Shown: positions 56,368-64,000 of the stretch, in pieces
Layout of the letters: each line of letters begins with the position of its first letter
Position numbering within the stretch: position 1 is the first letter of the stretch
Origin: Clostridia bacterium
GTDB lineage: Bacteria; Bacillota; Clostridia; Oscillospirales; CAG-272
Reading direction: 5' to 3'
NCBI GenBank assembly: GCA_017463125.1
Contig: JAFTPV010000015.1
Location: 20,113 to 84,112 of the forward strand
Length of the DNA: 64,000 nt
The notes under the pieces: generated by a model
Databases searched by the model: none
What the model was told of the DNA's origin: nothing
What the model saw: the letters and a program-made list of their open reading frames with translations, nothing else
Position numbers and translations under genes: made by a program

Positions 56368-56410
56368 AGGCGGCTATGGAGGTTTTTGCTTCGTTTGCCG
56401 CCTCTTTTTC
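56368..56410 (+). terminator. probable terminator after the 115-aa ORF
   Basis: AGGCGGC (56368-56374) pairs with GCCGCCT (56397-56403), followed by CTTTTTC. The loop is large at 22 nt. Confidence 0.45.
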
Positions 56411-56439
56411 TTGACAAGAGGGCTTTTCGGTTGTATAAT
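56411..56439 (+). promoter_or_regulatory. consensus sigma-A promoter for the kinase-DUF92 fusion gene
   Basis: TTGACA (56411-56416), N17, TATAAT (56434-56439). Confidence 0.6.
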
Positions 56440-56468
56440 GTTATATATAATGTTTTTGAGAGTGGATT

Positions 56469-57917
56469 ATGATATTAAAAGGATATATATTCAGTATAGC
56501 GTACGTGCTGGTATGCGTTTTGGCAGCACTTGCTGCATATAAGCTTGGCGTGCCTAAAAAATTCACAAGAAAAATAGTACACATACTCGTTGGATTTGAA
56601 TGGGTGATACTTTATCACTTTTTCGGAGTATCCGTCCATTTTCTGATTGTGTGCCTGATATTCCTTACATTACTTGCAATTGATTATAAAGTGAAGCTCG
56701 TGCCCGCGATGTCCTCTGACGGCGATAATGCACCGGGAACCGTTTATTACGCTGTTGCTATGACCGTTATGGCAAGCGTGTCGTTGCTTTTACCGAGAAT
56801 GATTTTGCCCTTTGGTATAGCAGTTTTTTGCACCTCCTTCGGCGATGGCTTTGCAGGTGTTTTAGGTCAACTTATAAAGCGCTTTAACAAAAAGATTTAC
56901 GCCGGTAAGACCTTGATAGGTACTCTTTCTAATTTAGTCGTTAGCTTTCTCGTTCCGCTTCTGTTTTCGTTTGCGTTTGGACTTGATATAAACGTTTTTT
57001 ATTGCCTGGCTATTGCAGTACTAGCGGTGGAACTTGAGCTTATTGCGGACAGGGGACTTGATAATCTGCTTATAACTATTGCGGTTTCTCTTTTCTCATA
57101 TGGACTAATGTACATTCCCGGCATAGTAAATTATCTTGCTCCGATACTTTTGACTCCTCTTATTGTGATATTTGCCAAGAAAAAAAGAGCCTTGACTGAC
57201 GGTGCTATCGCCGGAGCACTTTTGCTTGATGTGGCAGTATCCGTTTCCTTTGGCAATTTCGGGTTTGTCATTCTTGCTTTGTTTTTTGTCGGAAGCATAT
57301 TGGCTGATAAAGTTAAAAAAATGGCAAAAAAAACGAAGCAGAAGTCAAATTTGCCGGTAAAAAACAAAACCGAGTGCCGTAATATAATGCAGGTTTTCGC
57401 AAACGGTGCTATGGCGCTTTTTGCTTCTATTGCATTTCTCGTTAGTGGCGAGCGAGTGTTCCTCGTTATGTACGTTGCGTCCTTGGCTGAGGCATTCTCC
57501 GATACGGTCGCATCGGGCGTCGGGGCACTTTCCGACAATGTATTCGACCTGTTCAGATTTGAAAGATGTGAGCCCGGCCTTAGCGGTGGTATGTCTGTTG
57601 TAGGTACTCTTTTCTCCCTTGTATCTGCTGCTTCTCTTTCTCTTGTCGCACTTGCGTTATCCGCAATTAATCCTATAGAAGCTTTGCTGGTTACATTTTC
57701 CGCCTTTCTTGGTGCTGTGTTTGACAGCATGCTCGGCTCTCTCTTACAAGGTAAATATATTTGCCCCGTTTGCAAAAGGGTTGTTGAAAAAAAGGAGCAT
57801 TGCGGAGCTGAAACCGAGCTTTATCGTGGCTTTAGTGCTATTAACAACGATGTGGTAAACGGTTTGAGCACTGTTTTTGCAGCAACGCTGTCAGCCGTAT
57901 TCTTCATATTTATATAA
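56469..57917 (+). CDS. fusion membrane protein: polyprenol/phytol-kinase-like domain (CTP-dependent, COG0170) plus DUF92 (COG1836, TMEM19/VTE6-like) domain
   Basis: 482 aa, polytopic. The N-half has TRKIVHILVG, FGDGFAGVLG, GKTLIGTLS and DNL motifs of the dolichol/phytol kinase family. The C-half has LTDGAIAGA, QVFANGAMA, SDTVASGVG, GLSGGMSVVGT, FDSMLGSLLQ and NNDVVN motifs of DUF92, plus an inserted CPVCKRVVEKKEHCG. Confidence 0.65.
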   Translation: MILKGYIFSIAYVLVCVLAALAAYKLGVPKKFTRKIVHILVGFEWVILYHFFGVSVHFLIVCLIFLTLLAIDYKVKLVPAMSSDGDNAPGTVYYAVAMTVMASVSLLLPRMILPFGIAVFCTSFGDGFAGVLGQLIKRFNKKIYAGKTLIGTLSNLVVSFLVPLLFSFAFGLDINVFYCLAIAVLAVELELIADRGLDNLLITIAVSLFSYGLMYIPGIVNYLAPILLTPLIVIFAKKKRALTDGAIAGALLLDVAVSVSFGNFGFVILALFFVGSILADKVKKMAKKTKQKSNLPVKNKTECRNIMQVFANGAMALFASIAFLVSGERVFLVMYVASLAEAFSDTVASGVGALSDNVFDLFRFERCEPGLSGGMSVVGTLFSLVSAASLSLVALALSAINPIEALLVTFSAFLGAVFDSMLGSLLQGKYICPVCKRVVEKKEHCGAETELYRGFSAINNDVVNGLSTVFAATLSAVFFIFI

Positions 57918-57923
57918 TAGTAA

Positions 57924-57955
57924 AGGCCGCCTCGTATGAAGCGGCCTCGTTTTTG
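57924..57955. terminator. terminator shared by the fusion gene and the convergent SASP gene
   Basis: AGGCCGC-ctcgtatgaa-GCGGCCT followed by CGTTTTT, with AAA preceding. Confidence 0.7.
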
Positions 57956-58026
57956 AGATTATACGGGAAACACCCCGCTTTTCTCAGCTTTTTACGGAAA
58001 GGAGAAGGTTTATTTGCGGTTTTTTA

Positions 58027-58227
58027 TTAGCCGTTATTCTTGATGGAGTTCTCGTAAGACTCTACCATCTTCTTAACCATCTGACCGCCAACAGAACCTG
58101 CCTGACGAGAGGTGAGGTCACCGTTGTAACCCTGCTTAAGATTTACACCAACCTCGTTTGCTGCCTCCATCTTGAACTTATCAAGAGCGGCTCTTGCTTC
58201 GGGAACGTTTACTCTGTTCTTAGACAT
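58027..58227 (-). CDS. alpha/beta-type small acid-soluble spore protein
   Basis: 66 aa. KFKMEAANEVGV...LTSRQAGSVGGQMVKKMVE is the SASP alpha/beta signature. GGAG RBS. Confidence 0.9.
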   Translation of the reverse strand: MSKNRVNVPEARAALDKFKMEAANEVGVNLKQGYNGDLTSRQAGSVGGQMVKKMVESYENSIKNNG

Positions 58228-58273
58228 AAGAATTAAATCTCCTTGTTTCTTTTCAAAAAATCTATATTATCGA

Positions 58274-58300
58274 GCCCGAAAGGATCGCACCCTTTCGGGC
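58274..58300. other. perfect 10-bp stem-loop in the ssp / GNAT divergent intergenic region
   Basis: GCCCGAAAGG-atcgcac-CCTTTCGGGC, followed on the plus strand by GTTTTCC. Confidence 0.5.
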
Positions 58301-58433
58301 GTTTTCCTTTGACTCTGTTATTATTGTATCTCATAATTCCTGAAATATTATATGAAAAATATGGTATTTTTCTGTTGCTTTTATTTAGATAAAGTGATAT
58401 AATATCTTTATTATAATTTATTGAGGTCGTCTT

Positions 58434-58937
58434 ATGGAAATTATATACCGCGAGGCGCAGCCCTCTGATGCCGAAGCGCTCATCGAATATATGAAAATCG
58501 TAGGCGGCGAAACCGATAACTTGACCTATGATTCAGCTACCTTTGATATATCCGTTAAGAAGGAGGAACGCTTTATCGAGAGGTTTCTACGCTCTCAAAG
58601 AGATTTTATGCTCCTTGCATTTGATGAAGGCAGAATAGTTGCCTTTGCTTCTATCGAAAGAAATAAGATTAAGCGCTTTTCTCACAGAGCTGAGCTTTCA
58701 ATAACCGTTCTTAAGGAATACTGGGGACGGGGAATCGGGAGCGCTGTTATGGAAAGGCTTATTAGCTTCGCGAAGGAGAGTGGGGTTGAGGTAATTTATC
58801 TCGATGTCAGGGCGGATAACGTAAGAGCCATATCCCTTTATGAAAAATTCGGCTTCTGTGAAATTTGTAATTTTGAAAAATATTTCAAAATCGATGATGA
58901 ATATTTTGATGGAAAAATAATGACACTTTATATATAG
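58434..58937 (+). CDS. GNAT-family N-acetyltransferase
   Basis: 167 aa. The acetyl-CoA motif A region is VLKEYWGRGIGSAVMERLISFAKE. Confidence 0.85.
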   Translation: MEIIYREAQPSDAEALIEYMKIVGGETDNLTYDSATFDISVKKEERFIERFLRSQRDFMLLAFDEGRIVAFASIERNKIKRFSHRAELSITVLKEYWGRGIGSAVMERLISFAKESGVEVIYLDVRADNVRAISLYEKFGFCEICNFEKYFKIDDEYFDGKIMTLYI

Positions 58938-58976
58938 TGAGATATAATACTAGTATTTCAAATTGGAGAGAGTTAT

Positions 58977-59696
58977 ATGAAAACTGTTTTAATAACAGGC
59001 GGCACAAGAGGTATCGGCAAAGAGATTGCAAGGACCTTTGCAAAAAATGGATACCAAGTCGCATTTACATATAAAAAATCAGAAAACGAGGCAAAAATCT
59101 TGGCAGAAGAGCTTGGGGCACTTGCAATAAGGGCGGATTCCGCACTTCAAGATGAGGTTGTATCTGCGGTAGCGCTTGTTGAAAAGGAGTATGGCAAAAT
59201 CGATTGTCTTATCAACAATGCGGCAATATCCTCGTTTTCGCTTTTTACGGATATAACACTCGATGAGTGGAACGAGATGATTAGTGTTAATCTTACGGGC
59301 GCATTTCTTTATACACGCGAGGTATCGCGCCGCATGATTAGAGAAAAGGCGGGAAGAATTATCAATATCTCGTCTATGTGGGGCATTGTAGGCTCATCGT
59401 GCGAGGTTCATTACTCTACCGCAAAGGCTGGACTTATCGGAATGACTAAGGCTCTGGCAAAGGAGCTTGGTCCCTCCGGAATAACCGTAAATGCGATAGC
59501 TCCGGGACTCATAAATACCGATATGAATAAGTCGCTTGATGCTGATGCAATCAAGGCTATTGAAGATGAAACACCGCTTATGCGCGTTGGTGAGCCATGC
59601 GACGTTGCAGCCGCTGCTCTGTTTTTGGCAAGTGACGAGGCGTCATTCATTACGGGACAGGTGATTAACGTTAGCGGCGGCTTCGTTATCACATAA
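58977..59696 (+). CDS. short-chain dehydrogenase/reductase, 3-oxoacyl-ACP reductase (FabG)-like
   Basis: 239 aa. TGGTRGIGKEIA (TGxxxGxG), NNAA, catalytic S...YSTAK, and PG..NT motifs. Not in a fab operon, so the substrate is uncertain. Confidence 0.75.
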   Translation: MKTVLITGGTRGIGKEIARTFAKNGYQVAFTYKKSENEAKILAEELGALAIRADSALQDEVVSAVALVEKEYGKIDCLINNAAISSFSLFTDITLDEWNEMISVNLTGAFLYTREVSRRMIREKAGRIINISSMWGIVGSSCEVHYSTAKAGLIGMTKALAKELGPSGITVNAIAPGLINTDMNKSLDADAIKAIEDETPLMRVGEPCDVAAAALFLASDEASFITGQVINVSGGFVIT

Positions 59697-59728
59697 TTTT
59701 TAATATTAAGTAAATTTTATAAAAGGTA

Positions 59729-59757
59729 TTGCTTTTTTATCAAATTTCTGTTATAAT
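59729..59757 (+). promoter_or_regulatory. sigma-A promoter for the SRP RNA
   Basis: TTGCTT (59729-59734), N17, TATAAT (59752-59757), with TGT extended -10. The predicted start is a few nt before 59773. Confidence 0.55.
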
Positions 59758-59772
59758 AAACATCGTTATGTA

Positions 59773-60077
59773 TTCGGTGTGTCAGATGGAGTCATACCAG
59801 TCGGGGCAGTAGCGGCGCCTTGTACCTGAAATCCGCTATAGCAGGGATCAATTCCTGACCCGAGGTGTGCTTTTGTGTAGACTGCACCGTCATTATCTGT
59901 GTTGAAGAATGGGTCTTGCGCAACGTGAGGCTGTGAACTATGTCAGGTGGGGAACCAAGCAGCATTAAGCGGTTTATCGCGTGTGCCGTAAGGTTGCCTG
60001 TTCGGAGCAGATGTGGCGGTTACCGTATGTAAGAGTATTTCGACGGTTGGGTGTATGACTCTTTCTGACACACCGAA
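59773..60077 (+). ncRNA. ffs: signal recognition particle RNA, large Bacillus/Clostridium type (scRNA)
   Basis: The ends pair over more than 20 bp: TTCGGTGTGTCAG..GAGTCATA with TATGACTC..CTGACACACCGAA. The helix-8 core GTCAGGTGGGGAACCAAGCAGC matches the conserved GUCAGGUCCGGAAGGAAGCAGC of 4.5S/SRP RNA, including the GGAA tetraloop. Its position immediately upstream of dnaX-ybaB-recR matches B. subtilis scr. Confidence 0.8.
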
Positions 60078-60147
60078 TATTTTATGGCGCGCTGGCGGAG
60101 GAAGCGATCATACCGCTTTCGTGCCTTTCTTTTATCACGGAGGGGAT

Positions 60148-61731
60148 ATGTCTGATTATAGAGCGTTATACAGAAAATGGCGTCCGCGCACGTTTGATGA
60201 CGTTTGCGGGCAGGACGGTATTACCGATATTCTCAAATACGAGGTAGCGAACAGTAAGCTTTCTCACGCATATCTTTTCTGCGGTTCAAGAGGAACGGGA
60301 AAGACAAGCTGTGCAAAGATACTTGCCAAGGCTGTCAACTGTCTGAATTTGCAGAACGGAAATCCCTGCAACGAATGCGAGGCTTGTAGGAGCATAGATT
60401 CGGGTATCGCAACCGACGTTATCGAAATGGACGCCGCAAGTAATAACGGAATCAGCGACGTGCGTGATATTCAGGACGATATTGCCTTTACTCCGGCGGA
60501 GCTGAAATACAGGGTTTACATTATAGACGAGGTACATATGATGTCCTCCTCGGCCTTCAACGCTCTTCTTAAAACTCTCGAGGAGCCGCCGAGCTACGTA
60601 ATATTTATTCTTGCAACCACCGAATACAATAAGCTCCCTACGACGATAGTTTCACGTTGTCAGAGATTTGATTTTAAGCGTATATCGGTTGATATAATCG
60701 TAAATCATCTGAAGCGTGTTGCAGATGCGGAGGGAATTGAAATTACGGACGATGCAGCAAGAGTTATCGCCCGTGTTTCAAGAGGCGGTATGCGTGATGC
60801 GATAAGCCTCTTCGAGCTTTGTGCCGGCGCGCGTAAAAAGATTGACGAGGAGCTGGTCTTTGAAACAGTAGGCTCGGGTAATCGTGACGATGCGTACGGG
60901 ATAATAGAGGCTGTTGGCAAGGCAGATTTTTCAACCGTTTACGAGATAGTGAACGAGATGGTTATGCGCAGCGGTGACGTTTCTGTTTTCTGGCAGGAAA
61001 TTATAGATTCCTACCGAGATATAATGATAGTTAAGAACAGTGACAAGGCGAAGAAATATCTTGACCTTACGGAATCGGAATATGAAACTCTCTCAAGAAT
61101 AGCATCTAAATTTACGATGTCCCGCCTGTCTTATCACGTCAGTATTCTCGAGTCGGCAATGGCGGATATGCAGCGTGCCTTTAACTCAAAGCGCAGTATT
61201 GCGGAAATTGCTTTAACCCGTATGTGCGACCCGAGGCTTGATAATACGCCGGAGGCTCTTGCGCTTCGGATAGAGGAGCTTGAGAAGGAGCTTGCAAGGC
61301 TTAAATACAGCTCAACACCTGCAAGAAATACGGAGCAGATAACGGAGGCTAAGGTTCAAGCCTTACCGTCTTCCGCAAATGAGGATAAAGTCGATAATAC
61401 AAGCGCGGCAAGCGAAGCGCAGCCGTCAAGGGCGGACGCGGTGTATTCCGACTGGGGCGCTGTTATCGAGAAGATAGGTGCGATAAAGCCCGCACTTTCA
61501 GCAGCAATAGCGGCAGCATCGGTATACAGAAATTCAAAGAATGAATTTACGTTGAGACTAGCGGAGATATTTGCAAAAAAGATTTCATCAAGCGAACAGG
61601 ATCTTGCAATTCTCAAGGGCGTTATCGGAGAATGTGAGGGAATTGATCCCTCGACAGTTAAGCTCAATGTTCTATCAAAAAATCAAAGCATGTCTTCGGC
61701 GTTTTCGGACATAGAAAACGCTTTGAAATAA
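60148..61731 (+). CDS. dnaX: DNA polymerase III subunits gamma/tau
   Basis: Start at ATG 60148 (MSDYRALYRKWRPRTFDDV) behind GGAGGGG. Walker A GSRGTGKTS, Zn module CNECEAC, DEVHMMS, and the sensor motif VSRCQRF. The ORF-track start at 60013 lies inside the SRP RNA. Confidence 0.9.
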   Translation: MSDYRALYRKWRPRTFDDVCGQDGITDILKYEVANSKLSHAYLFCGSRGTGKTSCAKILAKAVNCLNLQNGNPCNECEACRSIDSGIATDVIEMDAASNNGISDVRDIQDDIAFTPAELKYRVYIIDEVHMMSSSAFNALLKTLEEPPSYVIFILATTEYNKLPTTIVSRCQRFDFKRISVDIIVNHLKRVADAEGIEITDDAARVIARVSRGGMRDAISLFELCAGARKKIDEELVFETVGSGNRDDAYGIIEAVGKADFSTVYEIVNEMVMRSGDVSVFWQEIIDSYRDIMIVKNSDKAKKYLDLTESEYETLSRIASKFTMSRLSYHVSILESAMADMQRAFNSKRSIAEIALTRMCDPRLDNTPEALALRIEELEKELARLKYSSTPARNTEQITEAKVQALPSSANEDKVDNTSAASEAQPSRADAVYSDWGAVIEKIGAIKPALSAAIAAASVYRNSKNEFTLRLAEIFAKKISSSEQDLAILKGVIGECEGIDPSTVKLNVLSKNQSMSSAFSDIENALK

Positions 61732-61752
61732 AATAAGGTAAGGTGAAAGATT

Positions 61753-62100
61753 ATGAAGGTAAGATTACCCCAGGGATCAGGTGCAGGTCCTTCTAATATG
61801 CAGTCAATGCTTAAGCAGGCACAGAAAATGCAGGAGGATATGGCAGCAAAGCAGGCAGAGCTTGAGGAGCGCGAGTATGATACGAGTGCCGGCGGAGGTG
61901 TAGTAAAGGTTAAGATAAACGGTAAGAAGGAAATTCTTTCCGTAAAGATCGACCCCGAGGTTGTAGACCCCGATGATGTGGAAACTCTTGAGGATCTCGT
62001 CGTTGCGGCGGTGAACGAGGCTATCAAGGTCGTTGAGTCTACTGCATCTGAGGAAATGCAGAAGATTACGGGCGCAATGTCTATGCCCGGTCTTTTCTAA
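61753..62100 (+). CDS. ybaB: nucleoid-associated protein YbaB/EbfC
   Basis: 115 aa. MQSMLKQAQKMQEDM...SAGGGVVKVKINGKKEILSVKIDPEVVDPDDVETLEDLVVAAVNEA is the family pattern. Confidence 0.9.
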   Translation: MKVRLPQGSGAGPSNMQSMLKQAQKMQEDMAAKQAELEEREYDTSAGGGVVKVKINGKKEILSVKIDPEVVDPDDVETLEDLVVAAVNEAIKVVESTASEEMQKITGAMSMPGLF

Positions 62101-62103
62101 GCT

Positions 62104-62709
62104 ATGGCGGAATATATAGCGCCGATACAGCGCTTGATAGAGGAGTTCAGAAGACTGCCGGGCGTCGGTGCCAAGACGGCTGCCCGCTACGCCTTTGCCA
62201 CCCTTAATCTCACAGATGATGAGGCGGCAAGATTTGCCGATGCTATAAACGGCGTAAAGCGCGATGTTCATAAATGCCCGGTGTGTATGGGACTTTCGTC
62301 TACGTCGGGTGAATGTGATATTTGTGCGGGTGAGGGACGTGACAAGTCCGTTATCTGCGTCGTTGAGAGCGCAAAGGACGTTATGGTTATGGAGAAGGTT
62401 AGGGGATATCGCGGAGTATATCACGTGCTCGGAGGTTCTCTCTCTCCTCTCGATAATATTACCCCCGCAGACCTTACTGTTAAGGAGCTGCTTTTACGTG
62501 TTGAGTCCGGCGAGGTTGGGGAGATCATCGTTGCAACTAATCCTACGCCCTCCGGTGATACTACGGCGGCATATCTTGCCAGAATACTCGAGCCTTACGG
62601 CATTACCGTTTCCCGTCTTGCTTACGGAATTCCTGTCGGAGGTGACATTGAGTATGCCGACGAGGTGACCTTGTATCGTGCAATGGAAGGCAGACGCAGC
62701 TTTAATTAA
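62104..62709 (+). CDS. recR: recombination protein RecR
   Basis: 201 aa. HhH (LPGVGAKTAARYAF), Cys4 zinc finger (CPVCMGLSSTSGECDIC), and Toprim domain (ICVVESAKDV...ATNPTPSGDTTA). Confidence 0.95.
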   Translation: MAEYIAPIQRLIEEFRRLPGVGAKTAARYAFATLNLTDDEAARFADAINGVKRDVHKCPVCMGLSSTSGECDICAGEGRDKSVICVVESAKDVMVMEKVRGYRGVYHVLGGSLSPLDNITPADLTVKELLLRVESGEVGEIIVATNPTPSGDTTAAYLARILEPYGITVSRLAYGIPVGGDIEYADEVTLYRAMEGRRSFN

Positions 62710-62716
62710 ATACATT

Positions 62717-62765
62717 AAAAGAACAGATATGATGAGTTTTTGCTCCATATCTGTTCTTTTCTATT
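62717..62765. terminator. bidirectional terminator between recR and spo0A
   Basis: AAAAGAACAGATATG-(14 nt)-CATATCTGTTCTTTT, a perfect 15-bp stem including the flanking A and T runs. Confidence 0.75.
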
Positions 62766-62779
62766 TTGTTAAGAGGCGA

Positions 62780-63562
62780 TCAAACCTTTACGGTTCGTGC
62801 AGATTTGTATTTTAGTCTTAAATTATCGGCAATCATAGCTATAAATTCAGAATTTGTTGGCTTACCGCGTGAGTTTTGTATAGTATAACCGAAATATGAA
62901 TTAAGGGTGTCAACGTCGCCTCTGTCCCACGCTACCTCAATAGCGTGTCTTATCGCGCGCTCGACTCTCGACGTTGTAGTTCCGTACTTTTTAGCTACCG
63001 TAGGATACAGTATCTTTGTGACGGAATTTATTATTTCGGTATCCTCGATAGTCATAAGTATTGCGGTTCTTAAATATTGGTAGCCCTTAATGTGTGCAGG
63101 AACACCTATCTGATGTATGATCTTCGTCACCTGCGCCTCCATATCTGAATCCTGCGAGGTAAACCCGTTTACTCTTGTCATATTTCTTGATTTTGTCAGT
63201 GAGGTTATGTGAGCGGCAAGGGAGTTTATGTCAAAGGGCTTTAGTATGCATATATCAGCACCGGCGTCGGTTGCGTCCATCAGGATCGTTTGCTTGTTTA
63301 TCGGGGACATAAGAATAAAGGTTGGTGCCTTTTGCGCGGAAAATCCTTTTGCCGCTCTTATGATTCCTATTCCGTCAATTCCCGAAATCCATAGATCCAC
63401 GATAACCGCGTCGTATTCACCGTACTCGATTTTTTTAATTGCTTCGTCACCGCTTGCCGCCTCGTCCGGTGTGTTAAAGCCAAGCTTTGTAAGACCGTCT
63501 GCCAATCTATGCCTTTCATCTCTGTTTTCGTCACAAATTAAAATTTTTGTGTTCTTTTCCAT
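62780..63562 (-). CDS. spo0A: sporulation master regulator Spo0A
   Basis: 260 aa. Receiver domain (ILICDEN..., [14 protein letters not shown]). The Spo0A_C signature is [22 protein letters not shown]...[32 protein letters not shown]...[13 protein letters not shown]. Confidence 0.9.
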   Translation of the reverse strand: MEKNTKILICDENRDERHRLADGLTKLGFNTPDEAASGDEAIKKIEYGEYDAVIVDLWISGIDGIGIIRAAKGFSAQKAPTFILMSPINKQTILMDATDAGADICILKPFDINSLAAHITSLTKSRNMTRVNGFTSQDSDMEAQVTKIIHQIGVPAHIKGYQYLRTAILMTIEDTEIINSVTKILYPTVAKKYGTTTSRVERAIRHAIEVAWDRGDVDTLNSYFGYTIQNSRGKPTNSEFIAMIADNLRLKYKSARTVKV

Positions 63563-63842
63563 TTTTTCTTCTCCTTATTTGATATAAAATTGGTAAAATT
63601 TGGTAATTTTCACGAACAACATCATTTTATCACAAATTTAGCAGAAAATCAAGATGTAAAAAAACTAAAAATTTAACAAAATTATCTACTGAAAAATGGT
63701 AAAATTTACCAATTCTAAAATTAAACCGACAAAAAGCTTTCTAATTTATCAAAATACGATTTTTTCAGTCTTGTAAATAATTGAAGAATGATGTCTAAAT
63801 CGAAATTAAAGTAAAAAAGTGAAAAAATATTTTGCTTTTCTG

Positions 63843-63871
63843 TTGCAAAATAAAATATATTATGTTATAAT
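63843..63871 (+). promoter_or_regulatory. sigma-A promoter for the gene starting at 63938
   Basis: TTGCAA (63843-63848), N17, TATAAT (63866-63871), with TGT extended -10. Confidence 0.5.
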
Positions 63872-63937
63872 GTATGCGTGGAAAATTGGTTTTTTCGTAC
63901 AGCTTATTTTTGATAATATTTTTAAGGAGAATATAAA

Positions 63938-64000
63938 ATGAACACTAATGTTACTAACAACAAGTTCGTAAATGAGTGGATCGCCGAAATGGCTGAGCTC
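63938..64000 (+). CDS. 5-prime end (21 codons) of a gene, possibly GTP-dependent phosphoenolpyruvate carboxykinase
   Basis: AAGGAG RBS then ATG 63938. MNTNVTNNKFVNEWIAEMAEL resembles the N-terminal NxxLxxWIxxxxEL pattern of PckG-type PEPCK. The fragment is too short to be sure. Confidence 0.35.
   Translation, partial: MNTNVTNNKFVNEWIAEMAEL

Noticed and set aside
60013-60147. N-terminal 45-codon extension of dnaX in the ORF track (start at 60013)
   Set aside because: The extension overlaps the 3-prime part of the SRP RNA (to 60077) and has no RBS. ATG 60148 has a GGAGGGG RBS and begins the conserved MSDYRALYRKWRP N-terminus.
63563-63937. Spo0A (0A) boxes, TGTCGAA, in the spo0A upstream region
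   Set aside because: Only partial matches were found: TTCGTGA about 50 nt upstream of the ATG, CCGACAA at about 63726, and TGTCTAA at about 63792. These are 5-6 of 7 matches in AT-rich DNA and are not distinguishable from chance.

Overview
This 64-kb segment reads as core chromosome of an endospore-forming member of the Clostridia. Supporting genes are spo0A, an alpha/beta-type SASP, ytfJ with a DUF2953 partner, and a dacB-like carboxypeptidase. Classic Firmicute syntenies are present: lon-engB, scpA-scpB...dacB...rluB, ecfA1-ecfA2-ecfT-truA, and SRP RNA-dnaX-ybaB-recR. I count about 52 protein genes and one ncRNA, a large SRP RNA at 59773-60077. Many near-consensus sigma-A promoters and intrinsic terminators are visible. 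I saw no tRNA or rRNA, no CRISPR array, no transposase, integrase or phage genes, and no recognisable defence, toxin-antitoxin or secondary-metabolite genes. I cannot honestly point to a clear-cut novel multi-gene system. The best candidates for something undescribed are listed here in order. (1) An organised about 240-nt structured leader (promoter, nested helices, then an intrinsic terminator just before the RBS) upstream of an LRR surface lipoprotein gene (2840-3120, minus strand). (2) An AraC-linked cluster of cytoplasmic, poorly classifiable glycoside-hydrolase-like proteins with an AGE-family epimerase and a PhnP-like MBL hydrolase (38.4-45.7 kb). (3) A 1403-aa LRR lipoprotein with tandem Cys3-His mini-repeats. 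(4) A biotin-protein-ligase paralog that has lost its catalytic motifs. (5) A polyprenol-kinase-DUF92 fusion. (6) Repeated TGGTAAAATT elements in the spo0A control region. All family assignments come from motif recognition by eye and memory, not from searches.
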